41,269 nucleotides of DNA, taken from NCBI GenBank assembly GCA_002256025.1, contig NKIB01014709.1, positions 1 to 41,269 of the forward strand. Direction: 5' to 3'. Made by a program: the position numbers and the translations under genes. The notes under the pieces were generated by a model that saw only the letters and a program-made list of their open reading frames with translations, was not told the origin of the DNA and did no database searches. Shown here piece by piece: positions 10,401 to 22,615 of the stretch; position 1 is the stretch's first letter, and each line of letters begins with the position of its first letter. The DNA is from Asterionella formosa (Eukaryota).

Positions 10401-11036
10401 ATGTGGGATCACTAAAAGGGAAAACCACTCGACGCGGCACTGATCATGTGGCAATCAATTTAATTGAAATCCCAGCCAGCATAATAATCACTATAAAAAC
10501 ATCATCTTGGGAGGTGACATCATGTTTGTGAACAAAATACCTTTCTTTGTGACCTTTTCCTGTCATGTCAAATTTGGGACAGCAGAAATGCTGCAAAATC
10601 AACAAAGCAAGACAATACTAAGGGCAATTAAGCAAGTTAAAAGCGTCTATATGATGAAGAGGGGATTTAAGATCTCAACATTGTTAATGAATGAACAATT
10701 TGAATCAATCAGAGGTGACCTAGCAGAAATGCAAATCAAGCTCAATACTGTTTCCAATGATGAACACGTTCCAGAAGTGGAAAGATACATTCGGACCATC
10801 AAAGAGCGCGCACGTTGTGTATATAACAAATTGCCGTTTCGGCGAATTCCAGCAAGGATGATAATTCAAATGGTCTATTCCAGTCGTGTGTTCTGGCTTA
10901 ACAGTTTCCCAGCAGAAGATGGAATATCTCCCAAACTCCTAAGCCCTCATGCCATTGTGATTGGAACACTCATCGATTACAATAAGCACTGCAAACTTGA
11001 GTTCGGTACATATTTGCAAGTGTATGAAGAGCATGA
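7477..11036 (+). pseudogene. Copia gag-protease-integrase pseudogene (interrupted at 7894-8897)
   Basis: Gag motifs (FEGKCDELKGHVYD, IWEKQVDEYVKR, QGQNNYP), Zn knuckle CHKCGKQGHFADKC, aspartic protease ILLDNQST, integrase DIMFVN...HVPEVERYIRTIKER...HCKLEFG. Multiple stops and frameshifts. Confidence 0.9.
7894..8897. mobile_element. Non-autonomous Mutator/MULE-like element (1004 bp) inserted in gag
   Basis: Exact 10-bp TSD TCCAGGACTC at 7884-7893 and 8898-8907. Imperfect ~43-bp TIRs sharing TACA.TTTTTGCAT.A..GTGTCC.AAAATGCATAA, with G...C termini. The gag sequence resumes after it. Confidence 0.85.
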
Positions 11037-11981
11037 CAACTGCATGCACACAATGTATATCAACTGATCAACAACATTACTCATCAACATCATAAACCTT
11101 CTCATATTATTTTCAATTCTCGTGATTGCTCGATGTAAATTATTACTACAACACATCCTAAAATCAGCTCAACTCTAGGCTATCATTTAAATTGTTTCAT
11201 CGTAAATCTATTGTAAACATCATCATAATTTTAATCACAATCATTGTTCAAAATAGATTGAAATAGATCATAATTTAACTATCAATTTTAGCAATGCTAT
11301 CTCTTATTCTTCATGCCAGCGACCCAACGTTTCTCTCTCTACTTGGCTCAATGTATATTGTTCCTGTCTCACCCTTTTCTTCCTTTTTTCTGAATCTTGT
11401 GCCAAGCAATGCCTTACTAATGTTGCGTCTCTCTCCCTGTTGTTAGTGTCATTCTAGACTCGCCGACTATTCTGTTGTTTGATCGGTTTTATTGTCCTAC
11501 GCAGTTACAGTAACAATGAGAAGGAACGACTTGTTAGCTAGACATGTTACACTGACACAACATCACGCCATTCCATCATACCACAGCCAAATCAAAGCAA
11601 GTGATGCATAAGTCTGTAATAGTAAATTGTCAGTAAATTCTTGAATAAGTAAGTTTCAGGTTTCCAATGTTGTCGAATAAAACTTACCGATTCATTTTCG
11701 TTAGCTTAACTTTGAAAGAAGGTAAAGTGGCGTGTCCGCCAGTTATGTTCCATCAGAAGTGAATAATTCCAATAACAAGAGCACTTACCAATTTTGTTTT
11801 GTTTTACATTGGTGCTCCAGAACAAGCAAAACGAGCTGTTGAATCAACTTAAAAAAAAGGAAATGTGCATTTATTTTTAAATTTGTTGTTGTCCTGCCTC
11901 CCAACGATTTTCATCCAAGTACCACATTGATGGCTTCATTACCTTAAACATACTCCATCCTTCGAAGGCGCAATGTATCGA

Positions 11982-12177
11982 AGCCACAATGTATTTCGTT
12001 ATTGCGTATACTTTCCTTGTCATATGCTTCATATGCTTTACTATGATATTTCTTTTCATGAAGCAGGCATTGTTTATTAACAGCCACAATGTTTTTCGTT
12101 ATTGCGTAAACTTTCCTTTTTTGTCATGTGCTTTACTGCGATATTTCTTTTCATGAAGCAGGCATTGTTTGTTAACA
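11982..12177. repeat. Tandem duplication, ~100 bp x2
   Basis: AGCCACAATGT.TTTCGTTATTGCGTA.ACTTTCCTT...ATATTTCTTTTCATGAAGCAGGCATTGTTT.TTAAC occurs twice in tandem. Confidence 0.85.
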
Positions 12178-12654
12178 TGACAGAACGATTTCAAATATAT
12201 TTGCCATGTATATAGTTAAAAAATTTGTAAATATATAAAGTGTTGTACATTTATAAAAATCAAAGGCACTCTCAATATGGAACATCTGGTATTGTTGAGA
12301 TGATCATATTTGCATATAGATAATTCGAAAATATTCAATGCACAATATGTCCATTGTTTTCCTCGACTTTGTGTACCGGTACTTTTCTTTGAAATTTGTT
12401 TGCATCAATATTTTCTACGTCCGTTGGAACTAATTATTTAGACCATTCAATTGGTGTACAAAGTCATAACCCATTTGTATAATTATTTATATGTGAGGAT
12501 TTTGGTTGCAAATTATTTAAGCCTCTTTTTTGGGCGGGAGTTCTTCATGTGTACCGGTACATCATATGACAATAATATTTTATCATATATGTACCACAGA
12601 GTACCAGTAGCAGGTACGAAGTGAAATACTGGGGGTACCAGGTCAGAATACCGG

Positions 12655-12999
12655 GTAGTAAGCGAGCAACAGAACACCATATGTTCATGACTGTTGCTAC
12701 TGCAGTGGGACAGTAAATCATCATAGTTTTAGGATTGTATGATCATAAAATTGAAAAAGAATAGTCGGAGTAGTAAGCGAGCAACAGAGCACCATATGTT
12801 CATGACTGCTGCTACTGCTGCTACTGCAGCGGGACATTAAATCATCATATTTTTAGGATTGTATGATCATAAAATTGAAAAAGAATAGTCGGAGTAGTAA
12901 GCAAGCAACAGAACACCATATGTTCATGACTGTTGCTACTACAGTGGGACAGTAAAGCATCATAGTTTCAGGATCATATAATCATATAATTGAAAAGAA
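12655..12999. repeat. Tandem repeat, 115-124 bp x3
   Basis: The unit GTAGTAAGCGAGCAACAGAACACCATATGTTCATGACTG...AATTGAAAAAGAATAGTCGGA starts at 12655, 12770 and 12894. Confidence 0.9.
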
Positions 13000-13198
13000 G
13001 ATATGCTATTACTTAAACTCGGTTATGATTTTGTATATGATAATGTAAATAGCACTGTTGATTTTATGGTATCATATCTAGACAGCGTAAAATATTATAT
13101 GTAGTGGCTGATGATTCATTTCATTGTAGCTAGCAACACCTGATTTTAAGATCATGGAACTTTAAGGAAGACAACGAAAACAGTTATCTAGTAGTACA

Positions 13199-14622
13199 AT
13201 GTCTTCAAAAAACCATAAAGAGGTTCATGGAAACAAGCGACATGTGGCAAATACTGCCGGTATGGAACAAAGAAGCAAGTACCAAAATGAGTTAACAAAG
13301 AAAAAGCGAATAGGTGTTTACCCAAAGGAACCCAATCGGCGACCGACGGAGAGTTAGTGGGGGTACTACCCCTTTGTCGATGGGGACACCATCAGCTACT
13401 AGTACAATGGCTCCCGTAATTGATACTGACAGCGATAATGACGTTTCTTTTTCAGTTGTTGATACAAGAAAAATGGCTCCTGTCGATGATACCATTAATA
13501 ACTCCCGGATGCAGATGGATGACATGGAACCATATCATAAATTTTCTAATCGCACGGACCAAACTGAGGGAGAAACATTTTGCACATGCCAAAGGATTTT
13601 ATCAATTGATCAATGAACTCAATCACTAAAAAGGTCGTAATTCGGTTCAAAACTCGTCCATATGAGGTTATCAAGACTCTATTATTTCAGCAGCCTTATC
13701 AGAACGTCGTTCCCACTTAGCTAAAATTGAACCATCAATTTTCACAAAGGTTGTGAATTTTAGTTGCTTTCAAAACCAAGAAGTTTTGCTGTGAAGCAAC
13801 ATGTTAGTTTGATGTTATAGTTCGTGAATTTCAGGTACTATAAAACAGAATATCAATCAAATGTTCTTTTTTCTGGTCCCAAAAGAGAATCAAACATCCC
13901 GCCCTATCTGGTCCAAGTAGTATGAAAGGCATTTCCAATCACAAACAGGATTGGTTTGCCCAATGTTTACCTGCCTAACTCGGCTATACACAGTGAAACC
14001 GGAGTTAGGCAAAGAAGTGGAAAGTGACCCAGAGCTTGCCGATTTCATATGGAATGGTTCTGATGCGCTACTTCCAATGAATCAGACCATTGAACGTACC
14101 AACAAGGCATGTTTAGATTACATCAAATCAACATTTGGTGGCATGTGCATTAAAAAGTTGAGAAAATGTCAGAATGTATTGAATAATCAATTTAAAGGAA
14201 TCTTTGAATGGTTTGACTGGGTCAAAGTGAACTGGGAGAAGGGAGATGGATCAAGTTCCTACACAGTTCCTGCAAAACTACTTATTTGGGGAAATCTTAT
14301 TTTCTCCAACTCAATAACCATTCTCTTAGCGTGTATTCGTTCCTTGAAAAGTTCAACTGAAATGAAAATTCATAAACGTATGTTTTTTGCAAGAGGAGAC
14401 ACCTTATGCAATGATACAACTGAATTGAGCGTTGTTGAATTTCATAACATACTTTCGGCAGCATTTGTTGTTCCCGCTTTGAAACCACAGGAATCAAGGA
14501 AATCTCTGAAACCGCAAGACGTTTTCGAACAGATACGGAAAGATAATTTTTATGTTGCCATGCCTCCACGTAATTTATGAAAATCAATTGGGTGGGACCA
14601 AAAACTAACAAGCGAACGTTGA
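13199..14622 (+). pseudogene. Element A gene with a Plavaka-transposase-like C-terminal domain (disrupted)
   Basis: WFDWVKVNWE...VPAKLLIWG...HKRMFFA...LSVVEFHNILSAAFVVPAL...PPRNL*KSIGW is collinear with 21463-22389; the TGA at 14578 replaces the paralog's Trp. The 5' part is fragmented and its start is approximate. Confidence 0.65.
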
Positions 14623-14740
14623 TAAATATATAAAAATAATATAAATGATAATGGTAACAATTTAGTTTCGCACACTAAATTGGTTATCATGAGGTTTTCA
14701 CAAACTACAATTTCCTAAGAAATGATTATCCAATGGTCCA

Positions 14741-16908
14741 TTATTTGTTCTTTTTCACTCCCAAAGAACCTAAGATGGTCCTCCTTCTAGTTTCGTCCGA
14801 AATTTTGCTTCTCCACTTTTCAACTGCAGTTCGATATGAGTCTGCAAACTTCTTCAAGTTGATTCCAGAAGGTCTATCATCAGATACAAAATTTTCTTTC
14901 ATTTTTTTGTCAATTTTGATGCATCCAGAAATTTGGCCAAGAGGTGCATGATTATACCATTTGAAGGGAGCAAGTTTGTCATTACTTTGTTGTATCATGG
15001 ATTTTACGTAGACAACTTCATCCTTCTTGAAAGAAGAGTTGCAAGAAACTCGTCCAAATATTTCGTTCAACATTTTTAAATCTAAATAGTAGCTCAAAAA
15101 TTTGTCGATACAAAATTGAAGAACAGTTATTTCCAACTGAAACATATCCTCACAAGAATTTGTTGTTGTCACTTGAGGCCAAACTGTTCCAAGATGAAAG
15201 TATGTTGACTTGGTTGGTGGGTCAGATGTAATGGATAAGAAATCGTCTGTTCGATCTGTTGCTGCCACCTGACGTTTAAAAGCTTTCCAGGACTCAGTCT
15301 CCAAACGAAAATGCGCCCGTTTGCCAAGAAATTTGGTTTTACCATTCCTTTCTAATTGCAATAGAGTTTCCAACACTTTCACAATTGTAAAAGGTCCACA
15401 TGACCATCCACTGTCATCTTATGGTTGAAATAACATGGAATCATGGTGTTCAGTGGCCATACTGATCTGCAATGGTGCTTTGGTGCCAGCATAGAAAGAT
15501 TCCGAGAACCCAATTTCTTCAGGTATATGGAATTCTTGTGGAAGATATCCTGTATTGGTGCATAACAATTCCAATTCTTTTCTGCATCCGGGGATGATGC
15601 AGTACTTACGGGCAAGGTGAAATACTTGATCATAATGTTCATCCAAACTTGCATCTTTTCCTGGATCACGGACTTGACATAATCCATCATTTAAAGAAAA
15701 AGATAATTTTCCTCCTCATCTGATCTTTTGAATTACACAATTAGCACATAGTTACTTTCGCCATGAAGTGGATGACAATCACCTTGGTATATATATGGAT
15801 TGTTATTACCCTTTTCTGGGTTCTCATCCAGATCAAAAATAACCTTTACATCACTTGGATGAAGTTCATGAATTATATAATGTATCATAGAGGTAATTGT
15901 TTCAAGGTCCCAATATGCAAGATCTTTAAAATCTGAAAATGATTTTTTGATACCTTTCACTCCATAAAATACAGAGGCGTAATTGCATATATCTTGCGGG
16001 GTATGAGTGTACAAATCTTTCCACAATTTTAGTTGTCCATGCGATTTCGGCAAACTCAAGGAAAATGCCGTTTGCTTTGGCATAATAACTCTACACATTT
16101 CACATGCCCAGCGACTCTTCACAAAAGTAGCTGCCTCCGGGATTGTTTTCAATGATTTTAGAAAGAAATTCTTTTTCTTCCATGTATGATTTGGAAAAAG
16201 ATTCAATTTTGTGTTTCTGACTTCGTTCCTGACTCAGTATATCAACTGCCTTAGCCAGTATGGTCATCACATGCAACTCTGTCTGCATTGATCTTCTTGA
16301 ATTCGAGGTCTTGATCTAGCTCAGACTTTTTCTTGAATATCTGTTCTTTTAGAAATTTAATAGTTTCTCTGCTTTTATGATGTTCATCTTGATGTTCTGG
16401 ACGGATAGTGAGATATGTTTCTTGGTTTTGCAACTTTTCAACCATTTCTACTTCTGAAGTGTTGTCTGCCACATTTCCGCCGATACTTTCATTCATCGCA
16501 TGAATTTGTTCATCAAATGAATGAGAATCACTGAGTTCTTCTTCATTATCAGCGATTTCAGGAGAATGGGGAACAAATACGACACTGGATGGAACTGTGA
16601 CTCTGTAGGAATAGGGTCTTCATCCGCGAAGAACAACTGTTTGGGTTTCCTTGGCTCTTCGAAAGCAAACTTTCCTTCTTTTCAATCTCTGCCACTATTG
16701 TATCGGCATACTTCATTATTTTTTCTGGATTATTATGAATCTGTTCAAATTCATCTAATCTTTGAGTGTATTCAAAGGAATCTTCGATTGATTTCATAAG
16801 TTTCTTCATCTTCTTTTCCGAAAACTTAAAGTTGTGTAGTGTAAACAATGGAAGTAAGTCACGTTTCTTGTTTGACTGATTCTTTGCATGAAATCCATGA
16901 AATGCCAT
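14741..16908 (-). pseudogene. Element A Ulp1/SENP-like (C48) cysteine protease pseudogene
   Basis: Fragments LAYWDLETITSMIHYIIHELHPS and LFQP*DDSGWSCGPFTIVKVLETLLQL...FLGKR align with 22616-24199. Several stops and frameshifts. Confidence 0.75.
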
Positions 16909-17532
16909 TTCGAAAGCAAGTTAAAACAGTGGAAGGGAAACGCGGAGCTTTTCGCGAAGCTTTTTGCGGCGCTTGTGCAGGTGGAACTGGTGTGATGGTA
17001 ACGGAGTGTAGCAATTGTTGAACAGAGCAGAGTGTAATATGCATGTTCCGCCAGCATAGTGTTTACACAATACACATGCCGGATCCTATCCACTGTATAA
17101 TACTATCATATTAACTATTGGCTTTCACTGTATACATTATAAGTCTAATTTATATATTAAGTAATCTACTTTATGATTTATTTATTTATTTATTTTCTGT
17201 GATGTATCGATAACACTTGCATACATATTTTATCGTATTTTATTGTTATTGTATTATTTTAACATGATCATATTTAGATCAAAATTATATCATAAACATT
17301 TTAAGAAATCATCATAGTTCTATGATCAATGCATCATAGCTATGTGATATACTTTATTCAATATTACATATCATACTTTGGTGATGTATGCATCGATGTA
17401 ACCCTATCGTGATATCACATTATCATCTTATCAATCATGATGAGATGATTGGGAACTGTAGTATTCTGCATCATACTACGGAGTATGATATTATAACACG
17501 CACTTTAGTAGCTAAGTCACTCCTGTAATGTA

Positions 17533-17990
17533 CACAAGTCGACAGTGCACATACACACACGCTAATCAGGTTTGAGGCAACGAACAGTGGTTCCAACGAG
17601 CAAATGACGATACCACGGGTACCAATTTTTCCAGCGGCAAACCGCAATATGAAGGACACTTGTCCCTCTATTGATGAGGATGACACGGACACCGACTTTT
17701 CCAGGAGCAAACAAGAGAACCACTTGTCACTCTATTGATGGTAACAAAGATGCGGACAAGTTCAACAGTGAATACAAGAACAACATACCAATGAAAACAA
17801 GTCGGCAGTGTGTTTACACACACGCCAAGCAGGTTTGAGGCAACAGACAGTTCCAACAAGCAAATGACGATACAGATATCAAATATTTCCTACAAGCAAA
17901 CAACAATGAAGAGAGCCACTTGCTTTCGCTCTCTTGATGGTATCAAAGAAGATGCGGACAAGTTCAATAGTAAATACAAGTACAGCATGC
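17533..17990 (+). repeat. Imperfect ~265-bp internal duplication in element A
   Basis: ACAAGTCG.CAGTG...CAGGTTTGAGGCAAC...GCAAATGACGATAC near 17534 and 17797; AAAGA...TGCGGACAAGTTCAA..GT.AATACAAG near 17746 and 17945. Confidence 0.7.
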
Positions 17991-18689
17991 CAAATGCAGA
18001 AACGAGCGACATCAAAAAGAAATCGTAATCAGAATCATTCTATAACTACTATAGCTATGTGGACAGTAGTCTGTTACATTTTCGTATCTCCTTCTATGCT
18101 GGATCTCAATAGTAGATGTAGTATCATGTGAGAATTGAAAATGTCAGCGAGAACAAGTAGAATGTGTTTGTTTACAGGTTGATTGGCAAGATTGTAATGC
18201 TGGTGGTTGACGAAACGGATAAACGGATTTGAAATGTGTGCTGTGTGCGGAACCATTACAAGTTCGCATGATTTTTTCTCTGTAAACTCTTAATTGAATG
18301 AATATGAACAAAGGTTCAATGTACATGATGATTACTCAAAAATATAATGATCACTTGACCAACAATTGAAGACGTCATTATCGCAAACAATCATTCCACT
18401 TGTCATTGCTAGTATTTCGTTGTTGTTGCAAAAATCAGAGTGATGACGGATGGAAATGACGAGCCAAATTACATTACTTCAGCTGGTACATTATCCTACC
18501 AAGAAATTCGAATACAGGAATCTAATAGAAACAATAGATATAAAAATTAATATATGTAGTCAAAAGGGTTACTATTTAAATTAAAAGGGCATTTATCAAC
18601 ATTATTAGATGATATAACGAAAAATTATGATCAGATGATCATAATCCTATGATGCATCATGGAAATATAATAGTTTTTATTTGCAGACG

Positions 18690-20224
18690 ATGGGGATGTG
18701 CCAACGGCCGAAAGCAGAGAGCATATACAAACAAGGAAGAGGCAAGTTCACCAACTGTGGCTATCGAATCAGTACTGTTATCTTGTGTAATCGATGCAAT
18801 GGAAGGTCGTGATGTTGCCACAATTGACATACCCGGGGCATTCATGCAGGAGGATATGGAGGATGTTGTTAACATGAAGTTGGAAAGGAAAATGGCCAAA
18901 CTTCTTGTGTGAATAGATCCCAGATTATACCGCAAACATGTGCAGATGCAAGGGGGTGAGCAGGTCTTATATGTGGAAATAAAGAAATCATTGTACGGAA
19001 CTCTCAAGGCAGCGCTGTTATTTTGGAAGAAACATACAACAAAATTGAAACAATGGGGATTTGAGGTGAATCCATACGATTGGTGTGTAATGAACAAAAA
19101 AACTATTGATCGGGCCCAATGCACAATATTATGGCATGTGGATGATCTAAAGATATCTCATGTCAAGCCAAATGTAGTTACCAAGGTAATCAAACAGTTG
19201 GAGGCAGAATTTGGCATTGAGGCACCCCTTACAAAGACACGTGGAAAAGTTCATGAATACCTAGGCATGATTCTTGATTTTACTACAATAGGAAAAGTCA
19301 TGGTGTCAATAAAGGATTTTATTGAACGGATGTTAAACGAGCTGCCAACAGACATGGATGGGGAAGCTGTGACTGCAGCAGCAAATCATCTCTTCAAAGT
19401 GAACGAAACAGACCCAATCAAGTTGAAAGAAGAAAAATCCGCAATGTTTCATCATAACATGGCCAAACTGTTGTTTTTATGTAAGCGTGCCCGTCCGGAT
19501 ATTCAGACCGCGGTGGTTTTTCTATGTACACGTGTTAAGGCTCCCGACACAGATGATTACAAAAAATTGACTCGGGTAATGAGGTATTTACGAGGAACTG
19601 TGAATATGCCACTGACACTGTAGGCAGAGAGTATGTAAATAGTCAAGTGGTGGGTCGACGCTTCATTTGCTGTTCCGGAGCTGTGATGACCCTAGAAAAA
19701 GGAGGAATATATGGCACATCAACCAGGCAAAGAGTTAACACAAGAAGTTCCACAGAAGATGAGCTTGTAGGAGTCAACGATGCAATGCCACAGATATTGT
19801 GGACACGATATTTTTTCGAGGCTCAAGGATACGATGTTAAAGATTCAATTTTCTTTCAGGATAATCAGAGTGCAATATTGTTGGAAAAGAATCGCAAGGC
19901 ATCGAGCAGCAAAAGAACTCGCCACATTAACATCAGATATTTCTTTGTTACTGATCATATTGAGGCAAAGAGGTGCCAGTTCAATACTGCCCTACACAAG
20001 AGATGGTTGCAGATTTGTTTACAAAGCCACTACAGGGTGTCCTTTTCCAGAAATTTAGAAATGAGATTATGAATATTGATCCAGCAACTGTTAGCTTCCA
20101 GGATCACAGGAGTGTGTTAGGAAATATGGATGTACAAGATACAGACGGTGAGTGGGTCAAAATACAAGGAAAGAAAAAGAAAGAAGCCACGTCAACAGTG
20201 AAGGGTACGTGGACGGATAAGTAG
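18690..20224 (+). pseudogene. Copia reverse transcriptase-RNase H pseudogene
   Basis: GCANGRKQR, DIPGAFMQ, KSLYGTLKAALLFW, LWHVDDLKISH, RARPDIQTAV, SSTEDELV, QDNQSAI, KRTRHINIRYFF, ADLFTKPLQG, and DHRSVL running into the 3' LTR. Contains stops and frameshifts. Confidence 0.95.
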
Positions 20225-20237
20225 GTATATATACATA
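20115..20237 (+). repeat. 3' LTR, left part
   Basis: TGTTAGGAAATATGG...TATATACATA matches 7205-7327; preceded by CACAGGAGTG (PPT position). Confidence 0.92.
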
Positions 20238-21462
20238 CGACTGTAAATAAAAAACCGTTAGGCCTAACAGTTTCGCTGTAAGACCCACTGCCCCAAAAAT
20301 TCTCAGTATGATGTACCATTTTTTGATTGATCATACAAAAAAACTGATTGATCATACAGAAATACTGATTGATTAATATTGGTGCATTGATCCTACGTAT
20401 GCTTAGCATAGATCACATGCATATTATGTGATATCTAATAGATTGCATTTGTAACATTATTATCGAAGCACATTCAGTATACACTCATCATGCATATATA
20501 TATATCAATGAGTTTCAAATCAATAGATCATACAATATGCTTATGATCAATTCAGCACTCTCACTCTTATTATCAATGAACGTTTTGGTGTTAGATCTAA
20601 AGATAGTGATCGTGAGATCAAATCAGTGATTCATTTGATCTAACCTTTGGAATGCTAATATCAAATAGAATTTTTAGCTTTCGATCTAACGTTCATGACT
20701 ACTGATCTAACTAATTTCTCTCATTAATCAAACCTATTATCATGTTCGATCAATGATGAACACAAATCGAATTAAAAGGATTGTTATTTAATACTCAAAT
20801 ATTCTACTTCTGGTCACCCATACTTTCCACTGTACATCCTCTATCAGAACGAGCACACAGTAGTCTTCAACACCTTAATTTTCACTTCCGGTAGCTATGT
20901 TTAGATCATTGCCTCTTTAAAATGAAATGAGAGAGTAAACGAAATTGATGATGCTTTATTCGAACCTCTACCATTGCGAATGGCAGCAAGTCACATTCTC
21001 CAATGTTCTTGTACAACTTTCCTGTAAGAGATAATAACAACAAAGTTAGCAAAACTGTTGCATCAAGTAAGCAAGGCAGCCATCTAAATGAAGATATGTG
21101 CAACGAAACGATCACATGAACAATCCATCACTCCAATTTCCGTATGAGCAGGCAATGTGTATATTACTTACCTGTGCTCTCATGGTTGATTGTTGCTTCC
21201 ATTAAGAATGGTAGCAAGCCACATTCTCCAAGGTTCCTGTATGATTTTGAGGAGATAATATCAATGTTAGCAAAAGTGTTGCAACGATTAAAGCATCTCC
21301 AGCCACACATGTGCCACGAACTGATGACATAAACAATCTATATAACTTCACGTTCCAATCGACATAACGAGCATCAAATGAGAGTATAGTAACTTACCTA
21401 TGCTCTCAATGTTGATTGATGGGTGACAGAGTAGCACGTTGTTAACCCTCACATCTGCATAT

Positions 21463-22389
21463 ATGGAAGGGAAAGATGATATTAATGTCGAAATCCTAAT
21501 TAATGGACACAGACACTACAAAGCCTCTGCAGCATTGTGCACAAACATTTTAAGTGCGGTTTCTTACCTCGTAATTAGGTTGATTTCTATCGTTCGTCCT
21601 GAGGAAGATAATATCCAGCCACCATCATACTTTGATCATGTAATGAATTGGGCTTTCAAGGCTCATGATGATGGCTATTTCCAGAAAAAGCAATGTGCAC
21701 CATCCCATCAGAAATTAAAAAACTCAGATGGGACAGTATACAACCGCTTGTTTCACCCAGACAACGAACATGGTAAACCTGCCATTCAGAACCTTGTAAA
21801 TTATGCCGTACAGCGGTGCAAGGACAAAAATTCTACTGGAACTACGTCTGTAGAGATAGATCGGATCAATTTCTATTATCATGTTACTATAATCTCCAAA
21901 GATGACGGTACGAAAACAATTTTAAGATGTAATCCAAAATGGAACAAACAGGACAAGAGTCTTCATCAATCAAATTATTGGTTTGATTGGGTTGAAGTAA
22001 ATTGGGAAAGTCGAAATGGGAAAAATTACGGTGTACCAGCAAAATTACTTTTATGGGGTTACGTCGTTTATTCAGATGGAACTGAAACACTCCTTGCATC
22101 TATACGTTCTTTGAGGAGTACCACTGTCATGCCAGCCCATCATCGCATGTTTTTTGCTACAGGTGATTACATTTGTGATGAGAAGACTGGATTAAGCGTT
22201 GTTGAGCATAACAACATTCTTTCCACAGCATTTGTAGTCCCAGCTTTAGCACCAGCTACAATCAGTAAATGTAAGAGTACACGAGAAACCGTTGAAGCCA
22301 TGGAAAAGACTGATTATTATATTTCATTACCACCACGAAATCAGTGGAAATTGATTGGTTGGGATATTCCTTTAAGTACAGAGAAGTAG
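21463..22389 (+). CDS. Element B protein with a Plavaka-transposase-like C-terminal domain (no catalytic core seen)
   Basis: Intact ~308-aa ORF from the first ATG. ILRCNPKW...YWFDWVEVNW...PAKLLLWG...AFVVPAL...PPRNQW resembles the C-terminal region of Plavaka-type transposases as I recall it; not database-checked. Confidence 0.6.
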   Translation: MEGKDDINVEILINGHRHYKASAALCTNILSAVSYLVIRLISIVRPEEDNIQPPSYFDHVMNWAFKAHDDGYFQKKQCAPSHQKLKNSDGTVYNRLFHPDNEHGKPAIQNLVNYAVQRCKDKNSTGTTSVEIDRINFYYHVTIISKDDGTKTILRCNPKWNKQDKSLHQSNYWFDWVEVNWESRNGKNYGVPAKLLLWGYVVYSDGTETLLASIRSLRSTTVMPAHHRMFFATGDYICDEKTGLSVVEHNNILSTAFVVPALAPATISKCKSTRETVEAMEKTDYYISLPPRNQWKLIGWDIPLSTEK

Positions 22390-22615
22390 CACTAGCTAAT
22401 CGTCACAATACAAATTATTACGAATATACTTCAACATTTAAAAACTGCCTCCGAATTCATAGTTTACTTATCTTTATGATTTTCTTTTCTTGAGAACCTG
22501 ACGATGAAAATGAACTGTCATCATCCACTGATTCTTCCGAAGATTTTCAAGAAACTCTTGAAATCTTTGTATAGTATATCATGCTGGCTGTCATTCAGGA
22601 GAACAGTATACCTGC

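Larger units (their letters stand above)
11037..18689. mobile_element. Element A: ~7.7-kb decayed DNA transposon (putative Plavaka/CACTA-related, non-autonomous) inserted between integrase and RT
   Basis: Copia homology stops near 11040 and resumes near 18690. The right end TTTTTATTTGCAGACG is the inverse of the element B left end CGACTGTAAATAAAAA (2 mismatches). The left end CAACTGCA is less certain. Same two-gene layout as element B. No TSD visible; adjacent Copia sequence appears deleted. Confidence 0.7.

Noticed and set aside
12655..12999. Possible CRISPR or ncRNA array
   Set aside because: Plain head-to-tail tandem repeat without variable spacers.
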